From: Promethearchaeota archaeon
GTDB taxonomy: Archaea > Asgardarchaeota > Lokiarchaeia > Sigyniarchaeales > SOKP01
NCBI GenBank assembly: GCA_048938855.1
Contig: JBHLLT010000001.1
Span: forward strand, 448,124-512,123
Length of the DNA stretch: 64,000 bases
Reading direction: 5' to 3'
Shown in pieces: positions 27,150 through 36,838 of the stretch. Numbering within the stretch: the stretch's first letter is position 1; the number at the start of each line of letters is the position of its first letter. Position numbers and translations under genes: made by a program. The notes beneath the pieces are model-generated. The model was not told the DNA's origin and did no database searches. It was given only the letters and a program-made list of their open reading frames with translations.

Positions 27150-27437
27150 TTAATCTAATAATCTAGAACAAGTATCATTGAGTTTTTTTATTAAATGATC
27201 ACGATCCTTCCAAGTAATCCATGTGCTACCTGATTTCTCAAAATGAAATCCATCATATTGTTCACTTATTTTTGTTAATGTTTTTTTAACAAAGCTCCAA
27301 GAGAAACCAGTCTCCTCAACAATTTCAGCAATAGCAACAGGATGATTTAATTCGAGAGAATTGTTAAAATAATCAACGATCCTGTCAAAACCAGTTTTGG
27401 GAGCATCTTTATCTTCAGACATTACATTATTCCTCAA
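27150..27437 (-). CDS. Small winged-helix (HTH) protein, putative regulator
   Basis: VAIAEIVEETGFSWSFVKKTL helix-turn-helix followed by a beta wing (FHFEKSGSTWITW). Confidence 0.6.
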   Translation of the reverse strand: MRNNVMSEDKDAPKTGFDRIVDYFNNSLELNHPVAIAEIVEETGFSWSFVKKTLTKISEQYDGFHFEKSGSTWITWKDRDHLIKKLNDTCSRLLD

Positions 27438-27592
27438 TAATTATGCTTTTTTTAAAATTATATTTTTCTAATAACCAATATACAATAATAATGTGAAATT
27501 ATTGATTAATGTTATTTTGGATTATATATAATTAATTTATCTAAATATAATATTTAATTTGTATAAATTAATTGTATTTTAAACTTATTCTT

Positions 27593-28801
27593 CTATTTTC
27601 TCATTTGAATGAATTTACCAGATTTCATTAATTGACATGGAGTAAAATAGCCTAAATTTGATTCTCTGACAAAATTGTCAAGAAGATTTGTCCATTCTTT
27701 ATATTTTTTTTTTCCTACACCAAATGGTCCAGGTATATCCATTCCAGCAAGCATTGTATCATCTATAATTTTATAACCAGAAACTACTCCTTCCTCCAAG
27801 AGTTTACATCCCTCATTCAACTGAATTGCCAAAAAAAGTTCAAGATTGAGGATGTTTGCTTTTTTATCTGAGGTTATTAGTGGTTTCCCTTTGATCCATT
27901 TAAACAGACCTTCACCGGTTTTTCTACCCAATTTTCCTTCATTTACTAATCGTTTCAGGGTTTTACCAGGAGCAAAATCAGTAGAAACAACTTTTTCAAA
28001 GTATTTCATAGTGTTATAAATAACATCAAGACCTAAATAATCCCATTTGGCAAATGGTCCAATTTTCATTATCTCTTTTACATCAGCATCAAGTGTTTCT
28101 AATGGGATTTCTTTCTCCATTGCATAATCTAAAAGCCAATTTATATAAGCAGTAGTTCCTAACATTAGCCGATTTACAATGAATCCTGGACTCTCTTTTT
28201 GTAGAATTGGTAAAAGTCTTTTTCCTTTGAGAGCAGGTAATCGATTGCAAAGGTTTTTTGTAATTTCAATAGTCTCTTCTGAAGTTTCTTTCCCTTTTAT
28301 AATTTCAATTAATCTAAGTACTACTATAGGGGTAAAAAAATGACATCCGATTACTTTATCTGGTCTTCCTGATAAAGATGCGATTTTTGTTATACTCATC
28401 GTTGATGTATTAGTAGCTAAAATTACATGTTTAGGGGCAAACGTTCCTAATTTTTCAAAGAGTTCTTGTTTCAATTTCATTTTTTCTGGAATAGCTTCAA
28501 ATATAAAGTCTACATTAGAGATTGACTTCTTTAGATTTATTTCAGTTTTAAGATTTCTCATAAGAGAAGAAGCTGTATAACCTTCTTTTAATAGTCCTTT
28601 GTTTTCTAATTTTATCAACCCACTATGGATTTTCTTTTCTGCTAATTCGAGTATTTCACCATATAAATCATTTAAAATAACGTGTTCTAATCCTCCCATT
28701 AAAGCTACTTGAGCAATTTCATGACCCATTGTTCCAGCACCAATAACAGCAACTCTATTAATATCGTTTATCTTTCCCATTTTGTAATTCATCACTTTCA
28801 A
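27593..28801 (-). CDS. 3-hydroxyacyl-CoA dehydrogenase family
   Basis: VIGAGTMGHEIAQ, EAIPEK, ATNTST, GCHFF, PGFIVNR, GKLGRKTGEG. Confidence 0.92.
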   Translation of the reverse strand: MKVMNYKMGKINDINRVAVIGAGTMGHEIAQVALMGGLEHVILNDLYGEILELAEKKIHSGLIKLENKGLLKEGYTASSLMRNLKTEINLKKSISNVDFIFEAIPEKMKLKQELFEKLGTFAPKHVILATNTSTMSITKIASLSGRPDKVIGCHFFTPIVVLRLIEIIKGKETSEETIEITKNLCNRLPALKGKRLLPILQKESPGFIVNRLMLGTTAYINWLLDYAMEKEIPLETLDADVKEIMKIGPFAKWDYLGLDVIYNTMKYFEKVVSTDFAPGKTLKRLVNEGKLGRKTGEGLFKWIKGKPLITSDKKANILNLELFLAIQLNEGCKLLEEGVVSGYKIIDDTMLAGMDIPGPFGVGKKKYKEWTNLLDNFVRESNLGYFTPCQLMKSGKFIQMRK

Positions 28802-28850
28802 TTAAAAATGATTAAATTATGGTTATATTTATAAAGAATTTGAATTCAAA

Positions 28851-29897
28851 CTAAAGGAAAAAAGTTGAGATTAAAAACCATGAGAGTAACATTGTCCCTA
28901 TTCCAAGAAATATTGATATAGGTAAACCTGGCAAAATTTTATTTCGTTTCAACCCTGAAATGGTAATTCCTGTTCCTATTATTGTTGCTAAAGCAGTTAA
29001 AATCATGACTATCAGATTATTAGTTTGGACTAAAGCACTCGACGTAAGCATACTATAAAAAGCTAAATCTCCAATCCCAATCTCTATTTTTGAAGTATCA
29101 TATTGATATTCCCCCTCTTTTATTTTTTTTTGTAATTCCTGTTCTAATATATCCACTTCTTCCTCTGGACTTGATGCAATATCTATTAATTGTTTGATAG
29201 GTCCACGCTTATATAAGACTGCAAAAATATCCCAACAGGAAATCCCGATTAAGATAGCTAAAGTTGTCCATAAAGGCATTAAGACGCCCATGGATGCTCC
29301 AATTAACAACCCAATATATAAAACGATAAAGTTTTTTATTTTTATTGATTTTGAGGTAAAATATAAATATAACATAACCATAGTAAAGAAAGCTGCTAAG
29401 AATATTAATTCATAATAAAAAACATAGAATGCTACAGGTGAATTAGAAAATATTAAATATAAAAATATCTCCCCAAAAAACCACGTTTGAAAAAAACCAA
29501 TTAACCCAAAACTAAATCCAAAAATATACATTAATGCTCCAATACCTTTTTTCTTAATTATGAAAATAATAATAAATGCAGAAATTCCCGCTAATGCAGT
29601 ATAAATTAATCCATTTAGTATTCCTCCTAATATACCATATTCGCTTTCCGGAATATAACCTCCATCAATTTGAATTCCAGCTTCAATATATGTTAAATAA
29701 GCTAGAATTGCTGCGATAGTTATTACTAAAATTATTGGTATTGGATATAAATTTCTTTTGATTCTGTAAGTGGGGAAAAAATGAGGAATAGAGTCTTTTT
29801 TTACTAAATCAACATCTTTTTCTTCCATATTTGTCGAGTTGTTAATCTGTTGTTCTTCTGTGTTTTTTTCAGCTAATTTCTCTGTTGTATCTGTCAT
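28851..29897 (-). CDS. Presenilin family intramembrane aspartyl protease (A22)
   Basis: ISCWDIFAVL (YD Asp), GIGDLAFYS (GxGD), LPGLP (PAL-like), about 9 TM. Confidence 0.9.
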   Translation of the reverse strand: MTDTTEKLAEKNTEEQQINNSTNMEEKDVDLVKKDSIPHFFPTYRIKRNLYPIPIILVITIAAILAYLTYIEAGIQIDGGYIPESEYGILGGILNGLIYTALAGISAFIIIFIIKKKGIGALMYIFGFSFGLIGFFQTWFFGEIFLYLIFSNSPVAFYVFYYELIFLAAFFTMVMLYLYFTSKSIKIKNFIVLYIGLLIGASMGVLMPLWTTLAILIGISCWDIFAVLYKRGPIKQLIDIASSPEEEVDILEQELQKKIKEGEYQYDTSKIEIGIGDLAFYSMLTSSALVQTNNLIVMILTALATIIGTGITISGLKRNKILPGLPISIFLGIGTMLLSWFLISTFFL

Positions 29898-30051
29898 AAT
29901 TTCATAAAAATGATTATAAAAAATAATTAATCTAATTTATAATAGAATTTATGACTTAAATACCTATTAATAATAAATTTAAACCCACATTTACATGTTT
30001 ATTATCCATCCAAGAAACTTCTTATAGAACGTAACTTTTAAAACTCTGATA

Positions 30052-30798
30052 ATGCCAAGATTTCAGAAGTATGAGCAAAAAATTCGCAATTACAAAAATA
30101 AGTTAAAAAATTTAATTACAAGAATAGGAATAACTTACACGGACGAATTTGAATTAAATTTTGAAGCACCAAAAAAGCTTTCACTTCCTTGCCATATAGG
30201 AATTCTCTTTTTTGGAGATTTTGATGAAGATCTGTTTGAGAAAATTAAAATTTATTTAGAAAAAATATTTGATTCTTTTTTTTTTTCCGTCAAGAACTTA
30301 GGTACTTTTAACTTTTCTTTTGAATTAATCTCAAAAGGCGTTAGAACAGAATATCGAAAGATAAGAAAATCATCTGATAATATAAAGATACATCCTACTA
30401 ATAAGTTTTACCAGATTTTGATTAATAAAAGAGTAGAAGAAAACCTAGGGATGATAATTGCAGTGACAGATCTGCCTCTATATTCTAGTACTGATGATAA
30501 TGTTATATTCCTATTTGGAGAAGCTCATTTAAAACATCGTTGTTGTGTAATATCATCATTGAAATTAAAAGAACAGTTTTATAATAAAAAACCAAATTTA
30601 TCTATTTTTGAACAAAGAGTAATAAAAGAAACAATTCATGAAATTGGACACATCATATTAGGCTCAAATCATTGTCTTGATAACTCATGTGTTATGTGGT
30701 TCTCTCGTGATATAACAGAAATTGATAGTAAACTCTTTGATTTTTGTCACAGTTGTAAAGAAAAATTAGAACAAATTCGAGTAAACTATAATTTTTAA
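30052..30798 (+). CDS. Archaemetzincin (peptidase M54)
   Basis: FLFGEA, KETIHEIGHIILGSNHC, CVM, FCHSC. Confidence 0.85.
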   Translation: MPRFQKYEQKIRNYKNKLKNLITRIGITYTDEFELNFEAPKKLSLPCHIGILFFGDFDEDLFEKIKIYLEKIFDSFFFSVKNLGTFNFSFELISKGVRTEYRKIRKSSDNIKIHPTNKFYQILINKRVEENLGMIIAVTDLPLYSSTDDNVIFLFGEAHLKHRCCVISSLKLKEQFYNKKPNLSIFEQRVIKETIHEIGHIILGSNHCLDNSCVMWFSRDITEIDSKLFDFCHSCKEKLEQIRVNYNF

Positions 30799-30804
30799 AA
30801 AAAC

Positions 30805-32055
30805 CTAAAATGATACAATTGGTAATTTGTAAGTGAATTCCTTTACTAATTCTACTCGTTCTTTTCTTTCTCTTTTATAATAACGAAGTGGGTAAAGTTC
30901 ATTTATTATAAATTTATATAGTTTTATCCATGTTTTAGCTACTTTACTTATTTTGTAATTTTGGGCTATCATTTTAGAGTTTATAGCCATTTCTGCTCGT
31001 AAATCATCATCCTTAAACAATGTTACCACTTTATTCTTAAAATCTTCAAGATCATTTGCAAGGTATCCGGTTTTACCATGTCTAATTACATTGGATATTC
31101 CAGTGGCATTTGCTCCAATACAAGGCGTTCCTTGTGCCATCGCTTCGATTAAAACTAATCCTTCTGCTTCTACCCATGACCAAAGGCATGATAAATCAGC
31201 TGTATTATACAATTGCAATAAATCTCTAAAAGGTACCCGCCCTAAATATGAAACAATATCTTCATAATGCTTTCTTTTTATTAATTTCTTAACATGAGTA
31301 CTTGATGGTCCATCGCTACCAACAAGTACTAAATGCGTATCAGGAACTTCCTTTTGAATTTTCCTGAAAGTTTTAATTATGCTTAATTGATGTTTTTCAG
31401 GAGATAATCTTGAAGCATATAAAAGAATTTTTTTACTATCTAGATTATACTTATCTCTTATTCCATTTTCTCTTACATCTTTAAAATACAAATCTGAAAT
31501 ACCATTTGTTAAGCATATTATTGGTTCTTTAAATCGTTGTTCTCTGAGTAAATCTTTCTTGGATCTTGTTGGAACCGAAACAAGATCATACTTGTCTAAA
31601 ATATGTCTTTCATATCGCCATACCCAGTCTAATTTTGAGAGTGTTTTTCCAAAAACAGGTATATACTGAGAGGTATAAAAACTAAGGGGAGAATTATGAG
31701 TTCCAGCCATCGGAATACCTAAGTATTTTGCCCAATTAATTGCCATTGACCCATAACTTGCATGAGTATGAATATGCGCAATATCTAGATAATCATGGGA
31801 ACAGAAAAAATACCTATGTATTGGAAAGCTTAACACAAAACCAGTTTTTGGTCCTATTTTTGCTCCAAAAAAATTATAGAGGTGTAGATTCGTTGGTTTA
31901 ATCTTAGGTTTTTGAATCCCTGGGGCAAAGACATGAACATTGTGTCCTGTATATTTTGCAATACCTTCAGCTAGATTTCTACAAGCAATGGCAGTACCAT
32001 TAACCTGTGAATACATTGATGTAAAAAATCCAATATCGAGTTTCTGTTTAACCAT
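30805..32055 (-). CDS. Glycosyltransferase family 4
   Basis: NGT, HIHT, TNGI, SRLSPEK, EAEGLVLIEAMAQGTP. Confidence 0.88.
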   Translation of the reverse strand: MVKQKLDIGFFTSMYSQVNGTAIACRNLAEGIAKYTGHNVHVFAPGIQKPKIKPTNLHLYNFFGAKIGPKTGFVLSFPIHRYFFCSHDYLDIAHIHTHASYGSMAINWAKYLGIPMAGTHNSPLSFYTSQYIPVFGKTLSKLDWVWRYERHILDKYDLVSVPTRSKKDLLREQRFKEPIICLTNGISDLYFKDVRENGIRDKYNLDSKKILLYASRLSPEKHQLSIIKTFRKIQKEVPDTHLVLVGSDGPSSTHVKKLIKRKHYEDIVSYLGRVPFRDLLQLYNTADLSCLWSWVEAEGLVLIEAMAQGTPCIGANATGISNVIRHGKTGYLANDLEDFKNKVVTLFKDDDLRAEMAINSKMIAQNYKISKVAKTWIKLYKFIINELYPLRYYKRERKERVELVKEFTYKLPIVSF

Positions 32056-32626
32056 ATTATATCAAATATAAAAGAATAAGGCTTTTAGACAATAGTATTA
32101 GTTATCGAAACAAATGTTTTATATAAACATGTTTTTTAATATATAAAAATATGTATGATTTAATAAAAAAAATTCGATTTTTTAATAAGGACTATAAACT
32201 ATAAAATTAAAGTTATTAATGTAATTGTTAGTTTCGTAAATTAAATTACTAATAATTATGAAAAATTTAAATATTTTAGATAAAAAGGGTTTTTACATGC
32301 ACATTTTTTAACATTATAAATTATTTTTTTAAATGAAAAATCGATTGATTTTATTCTTTTATCGATAATAGATGAATTGGTTATCTGCATACTCAGTGAT
32401 CCTAAGGATATTTAGCTTATATTCCTTTAAAATATTTAATATGTTGAATATTTGTTATTTTTAAATCTCTTAAAATACACATATTATATTTCTAACCATG
32501 AAAATTGTTAAGATCTATTTTTTCTCAAAAAAGAAAGTAGGTTTTATAATGTATTTTATTAAGAGCCAGTTTAAATTGGTGAATAAAATGATAAATTTTT
32601 TTTGGAATGTTTAATAACTTAAAATC

Positions 32627-32803
32627 ATGGACGCTCAAGAAGAAAAAAAAATTATTGAAGACATAATGAAACAAAGAAGATTATCTTATTCTATAGAAAT
32701 ATTAGATGTCCAAGGAGATAAGTATACTATACGTAATAATTTTAATTCTACAATTGTATATATTAAGAAAGGAGATACTTATTTCTTAGAAGAAGAAATA
32801 TAA
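32627..32803 (+). CDS. Small hypothetical protein (58 aa), not in ORF track
   Basis: MDAQEEKKIIEDIMKQRRLSYSIEILDVQGDKYTIRNNFNSTIVYIKKGDTYFLEEEI*; protein-like composition within otherwise non-coding DNA. Confidence 0.7.
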   Translation: MDAQEEKKIIEDIMKQRRLSYSIEILDVQGDKYTIRNNFNSTIVYIKKGDTYFLEEEI

Positions 32804-32998
32804 TATACATAAGTTAAAATTTGAAATCAATATTTGTTTTCAGATTCTATCTTCAAAAAATTACTTTCCCCTAAAAGTGTTTTATTTTTTATTTGTTAAT
32901 TAAAAAACTTATATTACATTTTAGATAAGAATTTAAGATAAAAATTGTATACTTTAATTAATAGAAATTAGATAATTTAAGCAATTTTTGGTAGATAG

Positions 32999-34135
32999 AT
33001 AATTCGAAGAAGAAGAATAGGGTCAGATAATACAGAAAGCAAATTTATTGAAAAATTTAGAGCCGTAATAAATGATAATCTATCAGTATCAATCTATAAT
33101 AAAAAGAATAGATCATTTATTATAATTCGAAAAGATTTAGCAAAACCGTATGAAATCGAAGTAGATGCATCAGAAGCACCAATATTGAATAAAATGCTAA
33201 ATGAACCCGAACCTTATGAGAGTTCTATTGCGGATATTAAAATTTTAGAAGAAGAAGTATTTCCCATAAATGATGCTTTCCAGACAGTATTTGGTAGTGA
33301 TAAAGAATTTAAATTAAACTCTATCAAATTAGCGATTGGTAGTAATTTTCATGATTATGTAACAGTCGGAGAAACTGATTTGATAAAATTTGATGTAAAA
33401 CCAACGCTTAGTGGATTAAGAGATTTTATTAAGGATAATAAAGAAGGAATTTTAGGTTTTTTAGATAGTGAATTTATTAGTGAGGAGGGTAATGTAATAT
33501 ATCTAAATTGTGGAAAAAAGAATCTCTCAGAGAACGTCTATTCAATAAAAGTATTAATTCTCTCTTCTATGCAACAACGAGGATTTTTTCTTCAACAAGA
33601 ACATAAATATTATGGACTTCAGCTTTACTTAATAATAGAATCAAGAAAACCAAATGATGATATGATTTTTGAATTATTAAAGGAAATTGGCATTGATTGG
33701 GAACTAATATTCTTTAGAAGAAAACTTGCTATACATGATTGGATGGAGATTGAATGTGAGAGGAATTCTGAAAATCTTAAAAGCTTTCTGAGGGCTAAAT
33801 TTGAGACACTGAATTATTTTGATGTAAATAATATTATTCGGCTAGTAGTTAAAAATCAATTACCTTTTAAAGTCGCAAATAAAATGGCTTCATTGTTATA
33901 TAAAATGAAAAATGAGCGAGCTCTTAGAGTTCAAGATAAAAATTATAAAGAAAATCTTTATCAAGAAGATCCAATTCAACAGGATGAATATTCAATTACC
34001 CTAAAAAAAGCAGAAGTAGCTGCAGCTGCTAAACTAGCATGCGCTTATTTAGGTATCCCACAAAAGATAAAATTCGACAGAGATATTTCTAACGATGATA
34101 TTGTTAAGTATGAAGCAGAACTAATGAATATGTAA
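32999..34135 (+). CDS. Hypothetical protein; start uncertain (frame open from ATA at 32999, track start 33185)
   Basis: 62 extra sense codons (IIRRRRIGSDNTESKFIEKFRAV...) in frame upstream of the TTG. Confidence 0.65.
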   Translation: MIRRRRIGSDNTESKFIEKFRAVINDNLSVSIYNKKNRSFIIIRKDLAKPYEIEVDASEAPILNKMLNEPEPYESSIADIKILEEEVFPINDAFQTVFGSDKEFKLNSIKLAIGSNFHDYVTVGETDLIKFDVKPTLSGLRDFIKDNKEGILGFLDSEFISEEGNVIYLNCGKKNLSENVYSIKVLILSSMQQRGFFLQQEHKYYGLQLYLIIESRKPNDDMIFELLKEIGIDWELIFFRRKLAIHDWMEIECERNSENLKSFLRAKFETLNYFDVNNIIRLVVKNQLPFKVANKMASLLYKMKNERALRVQDKNYKENLYQEDPIQQDEYSITLKKAEVAAAAKLACAYLGIPQKIKFDRDISNDDIVKYEAELMNM

Positions 34136-34198
34136 TTGCTCTTTTTAAATAACCTAAAAATTAGAAATTAAATAAAATTATTGGATTTTTTCCCGTAC

Positions 34199-35194
34199 TT
34201 ATTTTAATCCATATGATTGTTTTAGAAGTTCATTATTTACACTTCCGAAAGTTATACAATTACCTGTTAAACTATTTGCTATAGTGTATACTGCTGGAGC
34301 AAATAATCCGGGATCAATATCGTAAAAATTATAATTTGCAGTTTTAAAAGTTTCTAGGAATGGTTTTCCATAACTCGGAGATGTATTGGCAGGTGCTTTT
34401 CTAATAAGTTCAAAAATTTCTCGTTCTCTATCTTTTTCTACAGAAATATTATAGTAAGTTAACCCAGCAGCACTTATTGAATCATTTGTACGACCCATGG
34501 CACCAAGATCATCTTTAGCAATAGGGGCAATTGTGGCCGTTCCAAAACCATCATTTATTAAATCTATTGGAAATTTTATTTCATGTAACTTATGAATTCC
34601 TGTTTCCACAATTCTAGCAGCCACTTGTATTGAACCCACTAAACAGGCTGTTGGGGCAAAGACAGCATAAGTTTCAGTTGGATCAACACCACATTTTGTA
34701 GCTATAATATCCATTACTTCTTCATTTGGAGATTTAGGGGTCTCGAAAACAATAACAGCACATTCTGAATTATCAATATAATCTAATTCATCAAAAATCT
34801 TCTCTACTTTACCTTTAGCACGAGCGGGTCCAGATCCTAGGGATTGAAATATTACTTTTTTATTTACTTGACCATTTTTCTCAACTTCTTTTTTTAATTT
34901 AACATTCCATCCTGCTAATTGAGAGGCCATGCATGAAATTATTGGCTCCGAAGTATAAACATTCACACTTGGGATGAAATGACCATCTAGATTATATGAT
35001 GAAAATTCAACAGAACCTAAACCCCCCATACAAATTTCTCCAACTAGTTTTCCTCCATTCCATGATGCTTTGACCATATCAACAACGATTGATCCATTCT
35101 CTAATCTATGAACCTCAGCATTATAATAATCTTTATTATCAATAATTTTTTCAACAATTTGCTTTGCTAATTCATTTATTTTTATGTGATGCAC
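34199..35194 (-). CDS. mch: Methenyl-H4MPT cyclohydrolase
   Basis: EICMGGLG, CMASQLAGW, LGSGPARA, GSIQVAARIVETGIHKL, AMGRTND, FYDIDPGLFAPA. Confidence 0.95.
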   Translation of the reverse strand: MHHIKINELAKQIVEKIIDNKDYYNAEVHRLENGSIVVDMVKASWNGGKLVGEICMGGLGSVEFSSYNLDGHFIPSVNVYTSEPIISCMASQLAGWNVKLKKEVEKNGQVNKKVIFQSLGSGPARAKGKVEKIFDELDYIDNSECAVIVFETPKSPNEEVMDIIATKCGVDPTETYAVFAPTACLVGSIQVAARIVETGIHKLHEIKFPIDLINDGFGTATIAPIAKDDLGAMGRTNDSISAAGLTYYNISVEKDREREIFELIRKAPANTSPSYGKPFLETFKTANYNFYDIDPGLFAPAVYTIANSLTGNCITFGSVNNELLKQSYGLK

Positions 35195-35275
35195 TTATTT
35201 TCACTTTGTTAAATTTACTTTTTTAATTGACTATTTATTATTAATTTGATAATTTAATATAATGTATTATTAATT

Positions 35276-36814
35276 TTGCTACTCCCAGATAAAATGAAGA
35301 ACTTCGAAAATAAATTCGAGAGATTCAATGATGCAATAAATATTGTAAAAAATAATTTTATTGACTTTATCAGTAAAAATAACTCATCTATCCATATATA
35401 TACTCATTTAGATGCTGATGGATTAAGTGGAGGCGCAATTTTAGGTAAAGCTTTCATTCGAGAAAATCTTCCTTTTCAAATTACTATTTTAAAGCAATTA
35501 GAAAAAGATATTATTATTAATATCTCAAAGGATGTAAAAAGTTTTAATAAATTTTTATTCTTCACCGACTTTGGTAGTGGTCAATACCAAGAGCTTCAAA
35601 AGGATTTGATTGTGAAAGAAAATTTCAAGTCTTTTATAATATTAGATCATCACCTTCCACAAAATATATCCAGTAAAGAAGAGACTGATTTGCTTGAAGA
35701 CATATTCAATAAGACTTATCAATGGCAAATAAATCCTTACTTTTTTGGGTTTGATGGGAGTTTAGAGGTATCTGGAGCAGGTTTATGCTATTTTTTTGCT
35801 AAAAATTTAAATTTAAATAATATAGATTTATCTTCCAATGCAATTATTGGGGCGATTGGGGATATTCAAAATCAAGGCCCAAATAAATCTTTTTTTGGCT
35901 TAAATTCATTAATTTTGGAAGATGCTATAAATTCAAATTTTATTGAAATCAAGAGTGACTTAAATTTTTCTTCAATAAAGCCATTAAATGAAGCAATTGC
36001 GTATTCTAATGAAATAGATTTACCTGGGTTAACTGGTGATATCAACAGAACATTAATTTTTTTAAAGACCTTAGGGATTTTAATGGAAAACTCAGATGGC
36101 AACATTAAGTCCTTAAGTGAGCTTGATAAGGATGAGAAACAAAAAATTTCTTCAGCAATTATTGAATATGGTTCATTAAAATTGGATATTGAACCAAGTG
36201 AAATTATAGAAAAATTAATTATAAATAGATTTCTTTTAAAAAATGAAACGATTGGAACGGATTTATATGATGCTGGAGATTTTTCTAATCTCTTGAATGC
36301 ATGTGGTAGATTAAAACATGGTTCATTAGGGATAGCAATAGCTATGGGAGATCGAAAGAAATCTTACAATAAATCTCAAGAAATCCTTCAAGATTACAAA
36401 AAAACCTTATTAAAGAGTCTAGGATGGCTTAAAGATAACAAAAAAATTCAACAGATGGAATATATTCAATATTTCTTTGCTGAAGATGTTATTCCTGACA
36501 CAATGGTTGGTACAATAGCTTCAATGATTGTTTTTGAAGATAGTGAAGGTTTTGATAAAAATAAACCTATATTTGGTCTAGCCAAAAGAGAAGATGAAAA
36601 TGCTTATAAGGTTTCTGGGAGAGCCCATAAAATGATTGTGAATAAAGGTGTAAATCTATCAACTGCTATTAGAGAAGCTTGTGAGCAATCTGGATTAGAT
36701 GTATTGGGTGGAGGCCATCCTCCTGCAGCAGGAACAAAGATCCCTATCGATAAAGTAGATATTTATTTGGAAAATTGTAATATAGTTATTCGAAAACAAC
36801 TATATGGGAAATAA
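35276..36814 (+). CDS. RecJ-like DHH/DHHA1 phosphoesterase
   Basis: HLDADG, DFGSG, LDHH, GDIQ, LNACGR, GGGHPPAAG. Confidence 0.9.
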   Translation: MLLPDKMKNFENKFERFNDAINIVKNNFIDFISKNNSSIHIYTHLDADGLSGGAILGKAFIRENLPFQITILKQLEKDIIINISKDVKSFNKFLFFTDFGSGQYQELQKDLIVKENFKSFIILDHHLPQNISSKEETDLLEDIFNKTYQWQINPYFFGFDGSLEVSGAGLCYFFAKNLNLNNIDLSSNAIIGAIGDIQNQGPNKSFFGLNSLILEDAINSNFIEIKSDLNFSSIKPLNEAIAYSNEIDLPGLTGDINRTLIFLKTLGILMENSDGNIKSLSELDKDEKQKISSAIIEYGSLKLDIEPSEIIEKLIINRFLLKNETIGTDLYDAGDFSNLLNACGRLKHGSLGIAIAMGDRKKSYNKSQEILQDYKKTLLKSLGWLKDNKKIQQMEYIQYFFAEDVIPDTMVGTIASMIVFEDSEGFDKNKPIFGLAKREDENAYKVSGRAHKMIVNKGVNLSTAIREACEQSGLDVLGGGHPPAAGTKIPIDKVDIYLENCNIVIRKQLYGK

Positions 36815-36838
36815 TTTACATTTTTGTAAGGTTAAAAC

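Noticed and set aside
32056-32626. Replication origin in the long AT-rich spacer
   Set aside because: No ORB-like repeats with G-strings and no adjacent orc1/cdc6 gene
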